The notes under the pieces: model-generated
What the model saw: the letters and a program-made list of their open reading frames with translations, nothing else
Told to the model about the DNA's origin: nothing
Databases searched by the model: none
Made by a program: the position numbers and the translations under genes
In this document: positions 35,615 through 49,869 of the stretch, piece by piece
How positions within the stretch are numbered: the stretch's first letter is position 1
Layout of the letters: every line of letters begins with the position of its first letter
Origin: Chlorokybus atmophyticus
Taxonomy: Eukaryota; Plantae; Mesostigma and Chlorokybus algae
Length of the DNA stretch: 64,000 nucleotides
Reading direction: 5' to 3'
Assembly (NCBI GenBank): GCA_009103225.1
Contig: RHPI01001037.1
Location: 124,001-188,000, forward strand

Positions 35615-36459
35615 GGGAATTGGTCTCTTGCTCTTCTGCTTCTTTGGTGCAATTGGAGTGTGTAGGCGCCATTGCTTTTGGGGGGTTCTATCAGATGGTG
35701 CCTGCACACACACATACCCGATGATGAGCTTCAACTCTGAGGGTATAGTAGTGCGTGGCAATAGGGAGTAGCAATGTGTAGTGGTAGCAGAACTTATATT
35801 GCAATGCAACTTACACTTGGGTTTGTCGTTTGCTGACTGCTGCTTTGGCTCCCGCGTGTATACATGTTATCACACTCTCACCCCCCCATGAAAGTACCCT
35901 CAAGCCCACGCACACCTCCACACTAAGCTAGCACGCTCTCCAATGCCAAAGCAATGCTAACTTACTCGTCTACAGCACCAACACACCTACCACAATGCAA
36001 CTCCCATGCCAAACACTCACACATGCACGAAGTTAGAATTTATGTGTAGCGCATGCGTGACATTGAGTTTTGGTCAAATCCTCATAACTCAAGCAAATCA
36101 ATGTCGAAGTTAACAAAATTGTTTCATTAAATTTTCGATCTCGAGCTCCAAGTGCTCATAAAAATGGATTGCCATTGGCCAATCCAATCACTATTCCGGC
36201 CAGGTCAAAGACATTTAAATTGTTTGAATTTGGCGCCCTTAATCGCAAACAACGGGGCTGATTCTTGGTGGGTAGGCTCGAGAAGATGCAACAAAGGCCC
36301 CCATTAAATTTCAATCCATTTGGACATGTATCTAGGAAGTTAGCCTTGCCACATATGAATATGTCCGGAATTGGGAATTGTCCGGAGTTAGGACAACTTA
36401 CCCTACAGCAATTCGTGTGAGCAAACATGATGCATTTTTTCAACAACTCCTCCCCCCCC

Positions 36460-37053
36460 NNNNNNNNNNNNNNNNNNNNNNNNNNNNNNNNNNNNNNNNN
36501 NNNNNNNNNNNNNNNNNNNNNNNNNNNNNNNNNNNNNNNNNNNNNNNNNNNNNNNNNNNNNNNNNNNNNNNNNNNNNNNNNNNNNNNNNNNNNNNNNNNN
36601 NNNNNNNNNNNNNNNNNNNNNNNNNNNNNNNNNNNNNNNNNNNNNNNNNNNNNNNNNNNNNNNNNNNNNNNNNNNNNNNNNNNNNNNNNNNNNNNNNNNN
36701 NNNNNNNNNNNNNNNNNNNNNNNNNNNNNNNNNNNNNNNNNNNNNNNNNNNNNNNNNNNNNNNNNNNNNNNNNNNNNNNNNNNNNNNNNNNNNNNNNNNN
36801 NNNNNNNNNNNNNNNNNNNNNNNNNNNNNNNNNNNNNNNNNNNNNNNNNNNNNNNNNNNNNNNNNNNNNNNNNNNNNNNNNNNNNNNNNNNNNNNNNNNN
36901 NNNNNNNNNNNNNNNNNNNNNNNNNNNNNNNNNNNNNNNNNNNNNNNNNNNNNNNNNNNNNNNNNNNNNNNNNNNNNNNNNNNNNNNNNNNNNNNNNNNN
37001 NNNNNNNNNNNNNNNNNNNNNNNNNNNNNNNNNNNNNNNNNNNNNNNNNNNNN
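36460..37053. other. Assembly gap (N run) flanked by poly-C and poly-G
   Basis: Run of n with a C-tract on the left and a ~37-nt G-tract on the right. Confidence 1.
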
Positions 37054-37091
<38 letters not shown>

Positions 37092-38758
37092 GGGGCTTAG
37101 TTTGCAAACGGGGGGTTGCATGCAACGAGATACAGTAACATTGACATCATATATGCGACATGCGACATGTGTGTATTGCTTATCGTGATATCTTGCAATT
37201 GGCATGCAAAAACATGAAGGTCAAAGTGGCAGCTGGTGGACACATAACTTTCCCTGCATCATGCAAGTTTTCCAGGCAATTTTAGTGGGGAATGAGGGAA
37301 AACACGCGGGGCGGCTAGATAGGCATGGTAGTGGTATATTTGAAAATTAATTGTAGTTTGCATACCATCATCCAACTTTTCACCACGCCGTTTGTCATGC
37401 CCCAACCTGCACTTTTTCACTCTGCCCGGAATCTTGCATGTCCCCACACTGGCTTTTAGTCTTCATGTGATGTGTCGCATCAAGTGATATGTATTATAAG
37501 AATAAAAGCAATGCATGTTTGCTTACTGACGCATTGTGCGGTAACCATAGCATGTGAGTAAATCCGTGACAGTATAGAGTTTCATGTGCCCAATATGGGC
37601 TATAAACAGACTTAACTACTAACGTTTATCCATATGAGCCATGGAGCAGCTGTTAACGTCGCGACATTCTATGCGCGCAAAGCTTAGTCTTTAGCACCCG
37701 TTAAGCTTTTCGTAGTATGGATAAAGCGTTACGACTTTTTAGCCACTTAGGCTTCGCGCTTGATACTATAATAAAGAAGATCGCCAACAACTGCCGCTCA
37801 TGCTACTGCTTGGTGTTGATGCCCAATTCTTGAAGATATCTTCTTCATATGTAAGAGAATATGGGGTGTTGGGGCGCCATCGTAGCTGCCCTTATTAATA
37901 TAGCCGTCCTCGCTACAATTGCTCGCACTTGAAATTAAGCATCGCCATTTGTCCACACATCGCAGCACCGATGGTGAGTTCGCTGAGGGAACAAGCTGTA
38001 GAGGCTTCGCGCAATAAGCAGAGGCTGGCAAACATGCTGGCAAAAACGCTTGTGCAGTAACAAACACAGAAAGACCCTACTCTTTGGCAATGCAAGCTTC
38101 CAACCATTAGTGTCGGCACTTACATCAACGGGAAAAGCAGTGGCACCACAACATTAACAACAACCACGACGACAACAATAGCAACAACAAAGGCAATAAC
38201 TGCAGCACCAAGGACAGCTCTTACCTATAATCAACGGCAGCGTACAGTTTGAGGTTGTCAGCTAGAGGCACTTCATTCGCCAGCTGGTTCAGGTATACGT
38301 AATGCTCTGCACACGCCTTCTGCTTTTCATAGGCGGCGGTTGCAACATAAGGTTTCTCCATCCCATTCAGGGTCAATAGCCCTCACAAACGTCGGCAGCT
38401 GGGCCACCGCAAAGTCTCTGGCCAGCTTGTTGATAATATTGCGGCAGCCTTGGCCATGTCGCTGAGCACACACCGACAAACACACACGATGGTGCAAGGT
38501 AAGCGCAAGCACACATATTCGCGCAAGCAACGCCCTCTCTCGCACACAATGTCGCCGCCGCCCGCACTAAAGCTCCTCGTTCACATATATCACATAATAT
38601 GAATGATTTGGTGCGTCACTTTGCTTCTCATAGTTGCTTGTGTTACAGTTGCTGTATACGAAAACTGCAATGCGGTGCGTGGTGTGCAGTATAGCATATT
38701 CATAAATGTATCATTAACACACCACAATTACAAGTTTTACATGTGATGACCACCGCGC

Positions 38759-38788
38759 TATATATATGTACATATATATAAACATAAA

Positions 38789-38822
<34 letters not shown>

Positions 38823-38828
38823 TATATA
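38759..38828. repeat. Imperfect (TA)n microsatellite
   Basis: Direct reading. Confidence 0.9.
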
Positions 38829-41301
38829 CTTATTTCTTTATATATCTAAATTGGCGTGTGCTCTATGGCAACAGTGGTCAGGGTAGCAATAGTATAATGT
38901 TTATATAATTGAGAGTGTTACTATAGTGACAAGTCCTTTCTGTGTTATTCTCTGTTTTAACAAAAAGTAATCATTTAACTTATTTCAAAGTTTTGAACTG
39001 GTTGGAGAGGTGTCGGTAATTCATTCCGTTTCCTTTGTTATGGCGCGCTGCGTTTCACTTCAAAACTTTTCGAGCTTTTCAGATGGGTTAAATATCGCGT
39101 TAATCTTTGGCGAATTTGATAGCTGAATCAATGCACTCTGATTCCAAAGCGTGCTGCATGCACGGCTCTAACCAGATTGTCTATGAAATCAGATGCAAAT
39201 TATACGTCTTGTCAACGATGAAGTCCAACGATGTATTGCCTACGCTTTTTGTTACCTATTTTTAACACGTACAATCTTTGTCACAATGTTAACATTATTG
39301 CAATTGTGTGCCACACAATGCAGTGCATGCATACGCTGGTTGCGCTCAGCTCCTCGGCACATGTGGCATTCATGTTGCGTACACCAGCGGCATTGACACC
39401 AATAAATGCCACACATATCATGTACAATTATATTGCTTTTATTGGTACCGGTAACACTGGTCCAATGTGCCTCCGAATATGCAACACCATTTTAATATAC
39501 ACAATGTCGTTGTAATTTGATATATGACACTCCATTGATTCAATTGGATATGCTGCAATTGGCTCCTAACTTAGCAGCTTGGCATGCTTTAAGTCATGGT
39601 GCACTGGCAGTGCAAGTGTGGCAACGCGTTATTGAGCTTTGGGCTACTCTTTGCATGCTAAAGGCCGACACGCAAGACGTGGCGCCTTCCCCGAGGCCGA
39701 GCATATCACCCATTCACAACCACTACCCTGCTCTTACTCGCCACTGACCGCGGCACGAGTTTGAGTTTTACCACATTGTTGTTCTAATGTCACTTTGCCC
39801 GCCACAGCTTGCGTTATGTAACATTGGGCGTTATATAAAGCCCAATGTTACATGGTGGTGTCCTGTTCTTGCGCCCCCCGCCCCCCGGGTTGTCTATGCT
39901 GGCACCACCAGGTACCCACTTCATAAAGTGCTCAAAGCAGGCTGCAAAGATCTCATTCGTCATGTAAGGCGCCNTTAAGAATTAAAGTTGGCGGCAATGA
40001 CGGTGCGCACAAACGCGCCGTTGTGGCAACCACAACCGCACGGTTGGTGTAACCACAACCGCACCATCTGGGTGACCGGAAGACAAGCTAAAGACAACAT
40101 ATGGTGAAAGCGGTTGCATGCATATGTCAAGCCTGTGTGCTTATGCTTTGGCGGGATGTACATATGCATGCACAACAGTCTTTCATGCCCACCGGTTTCA
40201 CTCGTTTAGCGTGGTAAACAACACACCCTAAGATTGTCCACTTGAGTACAACCGGAAAAGCAAGGCCACTTGGGTGCAATATGTATTGTGCACACCTGTC
40301 GAGTCTACACTTAAACGTTTAAGGATAAGGTCAGCAATGTAAATAAACCTTTCAAAGAACTTGATAGCGAACAATGTCGCCAGAATGTAATACTGCATTG
40401 CATGCTACATGTTACCGGTACTTGTTGCATCAACCTGCATTTGCAGCTAATATATGGATGTATAATAACGCACACAATATCGTATGTTTGCGAAACGCTG
40501 ACTTGCACAGCTTACCTCACGATCGTGATGCTTCCTGAAGCATCCTCACAAGCATTGTACAATGACAACACACACACGGTGGTGATAATGCCCCCCCCCC
40601 CCCCCCCCCCCCCCCNGGAGGGGGATCCAAAGCGATGCTTCGGTGTTATTGCATATAAATGCATGACATTATATCCCATTGAGTGCGATGTGTACATGTT
40701 ACCTTGTCTCTTTACATAATGTTAACTGGTAATGACTCTCATGTATTACTGCGCTACACGAGTTTGGTATATGCTTATTCTGATCATGTACATTATAATC
40801 TCTCAAACACAACATGGAAAATCGTGTATCTGATTACACATACATTCAATCCATGATGCAACAGTTGCAATGCACAATGCCATTGCGTAAAAAGGGCCGC
40901 GGTTGTCCACTAATTATTGATGCAATACATATCACCTCAACACTCTAATGTATTGTGACTGCCCACTTGCGCAACCACACATTGACCCACTAGACTAGTC
41001 GCATTCCCGAACAGACTTGCGGTCAGCGTGTATGTTGTTGACTATCACATGACTCGTTTCATCAAGGCAATATGGTTCAACTAGCCACTCAAGGCAATGC
41101 GGAACACTCGTCAGCGCATAAGAATGATTATGTACATGAACCATACACAGACGCCAACACATAGTCTTGGAGATTTATGTACACTAACTACGCTGTACAA
41201 ATGTCAACCGCTGCCAAACAAGGCGCATAAAACCGTAGACCAGGTAGCGAGCTACTTATGCAGACAAGACTTGAGCTACTTTCACAAGACGACTAAGTAA
41301 T

Positions 41302-43137
41302 TCACGCAACCACTTGCATCTGGTACCAAAGTGACTGGCGATGGCAATCACACCTGCCACCGCAGTGGTTGAAACTCGCGATGCCTCTTGTGTGCAGGGA
41401 AGAACCACCAATGCGCCGCTGGAATTCCCTGAGGCGCCTTCTGCAGAAGAGCATCACTATTGCTGAATCGCATATGCATGGCATAAGATAAAAGCACTTG
41501 CAGTACTTGCAAAGATTGAGGGTGGGCGCGTCAAACAGGCAAGGTCAGTTGGAAGGCATACCGTGACAACGTCTTGCAGATCTGGAGCTGCACTCAGAAG
41601 CCCGGCATCAAGTCGAGATACCGCAACAAGTAAGCTGTTATGTAGGGAAGCATCGGGCTCAGACCCGCAGGCTTCCAGAAAAAACTGGATGGCGGACCTG
41701 TGGCCAACAGGCATAAGTGATGGAATGTGCACATGGTAATGGAATGTGCACATGCAACCAGCCTGGTTGTGTTCTGCGTCGTAATACACAGAAGTGCTAT
41801 TGAGTTGTTCATGTGGAGACTGACTTACAGCGTCTGTTATGGCCGCATGCCTGCATACCGTTATGCTCATGTCGATGCCATACCTGCGCCAAGGCACGCA
41901 AGGCCAGTGCACAAAGCCTCCCCTCCAGAGGTCGTAATGCGCCAACAGACCTCCAGTGGCACCGATGAATCGCGCAATCCCCTGATACCCTGCACGCCAC
42001 CACCAGAGGCAGTCCGCCTGGGCGCCTCGACTGTACGAGTTCGTGTGCTGGAGGCTGGGCTGCCTGTGAAGTAAGGTGATCATGTGATGTTAGCCACGCA
42101 ACCCTGCAGGCAAGAGGACTGGGTGCGAGTGTGCTTGAAACTGCTTGTAGTGTTGCTGATCACGCTGACGCCCAGTGCTGTTACTGTACCTGTTTATAAA
42201 CAAGCCAATATTGAACAGCGTCATCATCATGGCTTCAACAATCTCCTTGGAACCGTAAAGCCCTGCCTGTGTTGCCTCGGAGTCTGGAGCAATACCATCA
42301 AAGTATCCCAAAGGAACTTCAGGAGCCACTGCATACATAACTGGTACCTCAGCGGCCCTCTTAGAAATGCAGCTCATCTCAGCCAGACACTTGCTATGAT
42401 AACTTCTATAAGTGCAGCTGGGCAAATGGTGTAAGACATGATGCTACTATACGTACTCCATCTGTCACCTGTTGTATCCAGGTGCTCTGCAGCAGCGCAG
42501 CGCAGCGAGTGCAACCTTGCGAGCATCATGTCGAAAGTCAGTGGCACTGAAGCCCGCTCCTTGTAAAGCTCCTGGTAGCTCCCATCGAACAACTGTCACT
42601 CATTGTCAAAGTCAAGTTGGTGCATGGGCCATGTCTCATCAAATGCATTATATTGGTTGATACACATTTATTGCATGTATCTGGTGCGATCGCAATGCCA
42701 TGCTGTATTGTTGAACGTCAAATGTGTGACTGCTTAGTGCAGCACAGCAGCGTGCTTCTCTTGAGTGGGAGTTGGGCTGTCAATCAACACTTACTTCGAC
42801 GCGGCACACCTTCCAGCGATCCAGCGCAAGTGCTTGCCAAAGCGGTTCGTCCGCTGCAACGCTGCACAAGCGGCGACAAGAAGCTGCGCAAGCCGCCACG
42901 CTTCGACCATCTGATTTCCGCAGTATCTGGGAAGCATTTAGCCCGATTGTAAGCAATTGCGCAAAGACCATTTCGTCAAGATCGTGTTTCACAATGGCCT
43001 TGGCAACCTCAGAGCTGCCTTGCATGCCACAAACTGCAACAGCATAAGGAGAGTTACAGTGAACTCTCTCTACTTACCTGCCAGATTAGCTCATCGGGGA
43101 GATCAAGCAGAGGACACTCGCTCTCTGGGGCTGCCAT
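41302..43137 (-). CDS. F-box protein, multi-exon; 3' end uncertain
   Basis: Exon 1 MAAPESECPLLDLPDELIWQ splices to ILRKSDGRSVAACAASCRRLCSVAADEPLWQALALDRW, a canonical F-box. Further coding exons run down to ~41300. Confidence 0.75.
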
Positions 43138-43937
43138 GGCTTATGTGAACAGTACGCAAACTGCATCCAGAAGAGTACACCGCCAGTTTGCAGTCAGCGC
43201 AATTCAAGCCCTCAGATCAAGGTAAACCTCAGCAGACTGACTTGCGTAAGGCTACGATTGTGAGCATGCCGTGTTCTGCTGGGAGCCATGCACGGAAGGC
43301 GCAGACTAGTTGTGAAGCACAGGGGAAGATATTTGCTCAATTGACTTGTTGGTGTACTGCGCTGATTGGAGACTGGGCGGGAAACACGTGCATATGCCAA
43401 TGCACCGAACATGGCGACAAGGCCAAAGATTGCAAATTCAGCAACCATGCCACGCTGGTGCGACGCAAAATTCACGTACCAGCACTGCACCAAGCAGGCT
43501 GTCCAATTCACCTGAAGTCAACAAGGCCGTCATCAGCTAACAGCCCCCTGCTAGAGTACAAGACCAGGTCGCCTGCGCCGCCTGCGCCTGCGCCTACACC
43601 GGCAACACTGCGTGTTTCGCAGGCCACGCCAGCACCGTCCACGGCCCAGCGGATATCAGAACTTCAAACGCACTCGCGCCCTCGGATATCAGCTCGCTTT
43701 CGAGGATGTCGCCCCGCGTCACGCATTGAAGCATGCGAGAATCTCGACGGGTGGATGGCTCCGGCCTTCCGTGGCGTCCAGTGAATCAATAGCGCGGCCT
43801 CGATTCGACAAACCATGCATTGCTGACTGAGGACCTGGCGGGTCTAGAGTCTAGGGCTATTCGACTCTCAAGAGCCCTGTCCTACTTGTATGCAAGTAGG
43901 CCAAGTAGCCTAATTGCATCGGCTGCAGCTTACGAGG

Positions 43938-44246
<309 letters not shown>

Positions 44247-44476
44247 NTTGTGGAAAATACCAATCTGAGAGAGTTCATGCAAATGTCATGACATCATAGT
44301 GGCATGCTGGTGATTACGTCCAACCTTGTTGAAAGCGATATCGCGAGTAAGGAACAAGTAACCAGTGCGGCGCTCATTGCGACTACATTCAGCACTCATT
44401 ATGAGCACAAGCTGGCTGCATAGCATTGCACAAGCAGTGCATGCGCAGGCAAGTGTTGCACCATGAGGATAGAACA

Positions 44477-46605
44477 CTAGGCTGGTCGGTCCAATTCTTT
44501 GCGCGCATTGAGGTTGGTGCACAGTAGCGTCCACCTACCAATAATCATCTCATACACAGTCAAGGTGATGGCAGCTGCTGGTGCTGCCTTTATGAGACTA
44601 GGAACAGCTCCTTTATACAAACCCCCAAGCCCTTCCTTTGCGTATATTGTTGTTATGCAGTCCAAAACGTTCCTGTACATGTCCCTCTCCACAACCGCAC
44701 CATACCGTGCGCTGCGAGCTAGGCCTGCGACCTGCACCCACATGGAAACGGTATAAGCCATCATGCCACCGACTCTGGGAGTTGTTCAAAAGGCAAAGCT
44801 GCAACACTGGGCCATGCATAGTTTGACTGAGCTGCATACTCTGAGCAAGCAGCTCTTCTTCTTTGGTGTTTACCTGAAAGCGTTTCTTGGCAACATCTAG
44901 TGGATGCACTGCCAGCTTGGCCAGCGTTCCCGAAACAAGAGCGCAACAAAATAGTTCAAACTGGGACAGCTGCACCTGGTCATCTTTCCGTAGCAGAGTG
45001 GAGCTGACAGCCCTTTTTGTTTTCTGTTAATTGCAACAGACAACAATGTTAGAACCCATCAACCTCTTGCCATGCACCGCTTGCTTAACAAATACGCAGC
45101 ATGCAAGCATGTCCCCGACCTAACTCGTAGTATGTGCACACCATCCACAGGGCGCTGAGTCAACGGACCTGCAGAAGCCTCTGACAGGTGTCATAGACAC
45201 CGAATTGCAAGCCGGCATAAGGGATGATCTCAATGAGTGTCGGCGTAATGCCTGAGTACAGACCCGATACCCCTCTCTGCTTCAATATGCCTTTGGCAGC
45301 ATCACGCATGGTAGGATACACCTGATACACCAGGATGAATCATGGACGTCTCAGACATGCCAGCAGCAATGGCATTAAGCAGCAGTTGACAGTTCCCTTG
45401 CCTTAGGTTCTCCTTGCGCAGCCATGGTGGTGCGCAGCAGATCAAACGGATAAGACGCCAAAGTGGCTGCAACACCTGCGATGCTGCCGCCGGCATATGA
45501 AACCAGGGGCTTTATTCGCGGGTTTTTTCCAAGCTGTGTGGTCTCTGAGAACCGCTTGAACTGCTGTAGTACAATAAACTGCACTGCAGTGTAGGGAACA
45601 ACAAGCAGTTGCGCTGCAAGAGTGCCTCGCCATAGACCCTGGTTGGCCATACAATGTCAGGTTCCTTGACGTCCGTTGTAATTCAATATGCATGTGCCTG
45701 CCAAGCAATACACAAGTAGCAATTGCTGAAACACTCGTGTAGTCAACTACAACAAACATAGCGCGTCATACAACGTGAACATAAAGCACGCTGTAGTGCA
45801 TGCCAGTGTGCACAATCAGCTTGCGATCCCGCATGCTACTTACAATCACGCCCTCCTCTTGCACAATGCTGCGAGCGGCCTGCAGCACGTTTGTATACTT
45901 GGCTCCCTGCTTTGCGGTTTCCAGTTGAACCTGCAACACAGGTTGTATTATAGTCACAGGCAATGTACACAGCCATAAAGACATGCGTGGCAGATGCGTG
46001 CTGAGCCCCTAACAACAGTGTCCTTCCCTTCTTCTTCCTCTCAAGCTTGTTTACACAGTTTCGCAAAGCATGTGGGCGAAAGCAGTCGTGCAAACTGGGG
46101 GTGCTGTTCGAATACAAAAAGCAGTAGGCCCAGGGAGAGAAGGGGAACTTATCCCTTCATGCACATATGTTTGCCGAGACGGAGCGGTCTTTCAGATAGC
46201 CAACATATTGGCAGCCATTGTACGCCCAGAACCCCAGCTCGTGTTGAACGTGAGTATGCGAATGCCAGCAATGCAGTTGAGCAAGTGCTGTGTGTAACCG
46301 TCTCAATTCACGTTTACGGTGCCGGAGAGACGGAAACAATCAAACACTGCGTAGAGTATACTGCAGCACATACAGCACTGCACAGGCTTCATATGTGTTG
46401 AAATTGTGAATGGCAATTGATAGTGAGTCTCTACTGTTAGAAAACAGGGAATGCAGGTGAGGTTGTTGATAGACAATTAGACTACCTGAAAGCGGATTTT
46501 GAGCAGATCCAGCGGTCCCACGGCGAACCTGGCGACCGCCCCAGCCGTTGCCCCGGCAACAGCATCCACCACCGGTCTGGGTAGCCCACAGACGACTCCA
46601 TCCAT
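44477..46605 (-). CDS. TPC1: Mitochondrial carrier, thiamine pyrophosphate carrier type (SLC25A19/TPC)
   Basis: Three carrier signatures: [46 protein letters not shown]. Also [21 protein letters not shown] and [20 protein letters not shown]. The start could be further upstream (in-frame ORF to 46812). Confidence 0.9.
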
Positions 46606-47004
46606 GCCCCTTACCTCCCTTCCAGCACCGCCACCACCAAGACGCCGCTTACTCGCCACCCCAACAACCCCACATTTTTTTCCCGCCACTGAACATCTTT
46701 GGAGCTTTGGAGATCTCAAAGACACCGCAAAGCGTTCAGGCAAGCATTCGTCGCAGATTGCGTTGCCGAGACTCGTGAAAAGTGGATGAACATGGGCATG
46801 TTCATCCAACATTGAATACCAGTAATTAGGGATCCGCGAGATCCATCAAAAGTTTTCCAGGTCGTGCGTGGGCATGCTTTGGCCACTGGTGCGAGCCAAG
46901 TTGCCTGCTGAGATGTTGCTGTAGTGGTGGGCGGGGAGAAGGCCGACGGGTGGTGGCCGAGGGGCGGCGGGGGCGGGGGCAGCCTGCCTGGCTTGGGAGG
47001 GGCT

Positions 47005-49869
47005 ATGGCAGTGAGGGCTAGGAGCGGCGGACTGGTCGCCTTGCTCGCCTTGGGGAGAGCTACTGCCGGGAACTGCGCACCGCAGAGAGCAGCTGCGGTA
47101 CATATTGCTTAGTGTTGTCTGTGTTGGTGAAGTTGTTTCTGGGTTTGTTTCTTTGTTTGTTTGTTTATGGTCATCGTAAGATAGGCAGCTTGTGCTGGCA
47201 GCTGTGTCGCCAAGGCGACAGCACGTGCACATGCATGTCGATGCAACTGTGCATGCAAGGATTTAGTGTTGATGAATACTGTACACGCTCCAGCATGGAG
47301 GCCGTAAGCGGGCCTGAGAACGGCGAGCTCTTAACGACAAACAACATACACAAACTTGTAGCTAAGCGCATAAAAGCACGTAGTGCAACGACCAACGTGC
47401 CTCCCATTGACGGAAGCAGCTTCTCGTGCCACACAGTTCACCACTCAGAACTGTCGACAGCGTGCTAGAAGCTACGTCACGATGAAGACTCTCGCGAAGA
47501 TCATGCTGAGTAACGCATGGTGTTTTGGCAGGCTTCTGCAGACGTATATCTGTCGACTCCCCTGTTTCAACAACACTTCGCCGCCTTGTAAGTGTTGCAG
47601 GTGAAAGCTGTCCTTGTGCGAATGATGCAAATTGTACTTTTGACAAGTACTGGCATGTTGTCGTATAAAAAGGCTGTCTCAACAAGCTGACTTGCAACGT
47701 AATTGCATTCACTACCTGGTCGTGGTAGAAATCCATCACTTGTCTACGTGCACAACTCAGTGTGTGCTCAGTGTGTCACGTTGGGACAAGTCACTTAGGC
47801 AGCATGCTGAGAGGCGTTGCATGGATGTCGTTGTGTTAGCATATGTTGCGCAACTTTACACTCAAGCATGTCCGCCTTGTGCTTCAGCTCATCAGCGACA
47901 GGCTTGAAGTTGGAGACTAATAGCAGACACACTGCATTCAAAGTGACTGGGGACTCGAGGGATGCAAATAAGCAGGGTGCAGATACTGCGGGGTCAAGCT
48001 TGAAGATGGAAACCAGCAGCAGTCACACAGGATTTAATGTGCGGGGGGAGACAACTGGCGATAAGCAGAGCGCCGATAAGGTCAGTACTGTTACTACTGT
48101 CAGGTGGCACAGTCACTATTGTGAACTCCATGGTTGCCGTAGGGTAGTCAGTAAGGGCTTATTGCCCTACAATATGCTATGTAATATTGTTGTGCGTCAA
48201 CCCAGAATTCATATGAAAAACTGGAATGGCCAATATAGAAGGCCACATTTTGTGATATGCATACCTCAGCACTCTTCTAGTTTGTCAAGCTCTAAATTGA
48301 GCCAAGTATGTATGGTCCAGTGACATTCCATGAGTGTATTGCTATTTCTGCCTTGCATGCAGCCATTTAGCTATCATCTGTAAGCCACGTTGTGCAGATT
48401 GTGGTGATTGGTGGCAATGGCTTTGTGGGCAGCCATGTATGCAAAGAGGCGATGGCACGCGGCATTGATGTGACCAGTATCAACAGGTAGGCGAATGAGG
48501 TTATTGCTTGCCTTTGGTTACAATCGCTGTTCCCTGTGCCCATCTGTCATCTGCAGCACAGATATCAAACAAATTGTCTTACTGTTGTTGTTTGTTGCGG
48601 GTGGTGTACAGCAACCATCTAGTAACGCTTGTTGTGTAGCTCAGCATGTACCCATGTGCATAGGTCGGGACCTCCGAAGGAGCATGCAGCCTGGGTTCAC
48701 AAAGTGAATTGGGTTCAGAGTAAGTGGCATTGGCCAGCGTCTATCCTGGCAGCGCTCGCACAACAGCATGCATTGATTTGCAAAGATACAGCGTATGCTG
48801 GCAGGTGATGTGTTTGATACGGAGAGCTGGAAACCAGAGTTGCAAGGCGCGAAAGCAGTGGTACGGAGAGCGTCCAGATTATACCACGTTGTCATCATAC
48901 TCGTAGCAGCTGCTGTGGTGCATGCAGTTCCGAGTGCACATCAATAGCTTATTGGTTTTGTCCGCCTGCAGGTGTCATGTTTGGGAGCTTTTGGCTCCAA
49001 CGACTTTATGGAGAGAATAAACGGAGATGCGAATGTCTCCGCCGTAGAAACAGCTGCATCAGCAGGTGCCTTTGGATTGCGCAGGCTGCCGAGCAGCTTT
49101 AGGCGTGCAGTTTGCTCACACATGCTGATGACAGGTGTGCCCCGTTTTGTATATGTATCCGCTCATAATTTTCAGATTCCGGGACCACTTCTGCGGGGTT
49201 ATTTTGAGGGCAAGGTAAGCACTGACACCTCAACAGCAGGCAGGGATAGTTTCTAGTCCGCATTCGCATGTCACACATTCGGCTTGTTACTGATTGCCTA
49301 TTGTTTGTCTTCAGCGCAAAGCAGAAGCTGCTATCCTGACATTCTATCCCGAAACAGGTTCAGTAGCTTGCTCTGTATGTTGTTCAGAATTGGGTGTGTA
49401 TTAGCTTTGCGGTTCGTAATTGCTGTTCTGACTGCCCTGCCTGTGCATGATGCTGAACAGGCGTAATCCTAAGGCCTGGCATGATTTATGGCCCGCGGAA
49501 TGTAGGCCCCGTCACCATCCCTCTTCAACTCATAGGAGCTCCCTTGGAAGTGGTAAGTTTGCAAACTGCCTAGCGCACACCCCCTTGTCATATAAACTAC
49601 TTGAGTCAGTGCATGTGTGAGGATCTTGGCTGTCAATGTGAAGCATGCTCGCTGCATGTCTGCGTTAAGCACCGCATGCTTTTCAGGCAATGAGTTTGGG
49701 TCCAATCAAAGCTATGCACGAGAGGGTGCCATTTGTTGGGCAATTGCTAGTTCCTCCAATTGATGTGAAGGCAGTGGTCAAAGCCTGCGTAAGGGGCGCC
49801 ACTGATGACACCGTGCCTGGTGGAATCTTAGATGTCGAGCAAATCAAGGAGGTTGCTGAGGGCTTCTAG
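47005..49869 (+). CDS. NAD(P)-binding Rossmann-fold atypical SDR (At1g32220/At5g15910/COQ11-like); N-terminal exons uncertain
   Basis: IVVIGGNGFVGSHVCK, VSCLGAFGSNDFMERINGDAN, GVPRFVYVSA, GYFEGKRKAE (YxxxK), ILRPGMIYG, LLVPPIDVKAV. Stop at 49867-49869. Confidence 0.85.

Larger units (their letters stand above)
32100..36403 (-). mobile_element. pogo/Fot1-like (Tc1-mariner superfamily) DNA transposon, full length including one gap
   Basis: 25-bp TIRs gggtaagatcgccttactccggaca (32100-32124) and tgtccggagttaggacaacttaccc (36379-36403) are 21/25 identical as inverted repeats. TA flanks at 32098-32099 and 36404-36405. Internal transposase remnant. Confidence 0.88.

Noticed and set aside
35271-37205. 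Long ORFs containing X residues
   Set aside because: Artefacts of translating through N gaps and G/C homopolymers.
38327-38567. Coding-like segment RNIINKLARDFAVAQLPTFVRAIDPEWDGETL
   Set aside because: Short, surrounded by stops, and without a recognisable family or clear exon structure.
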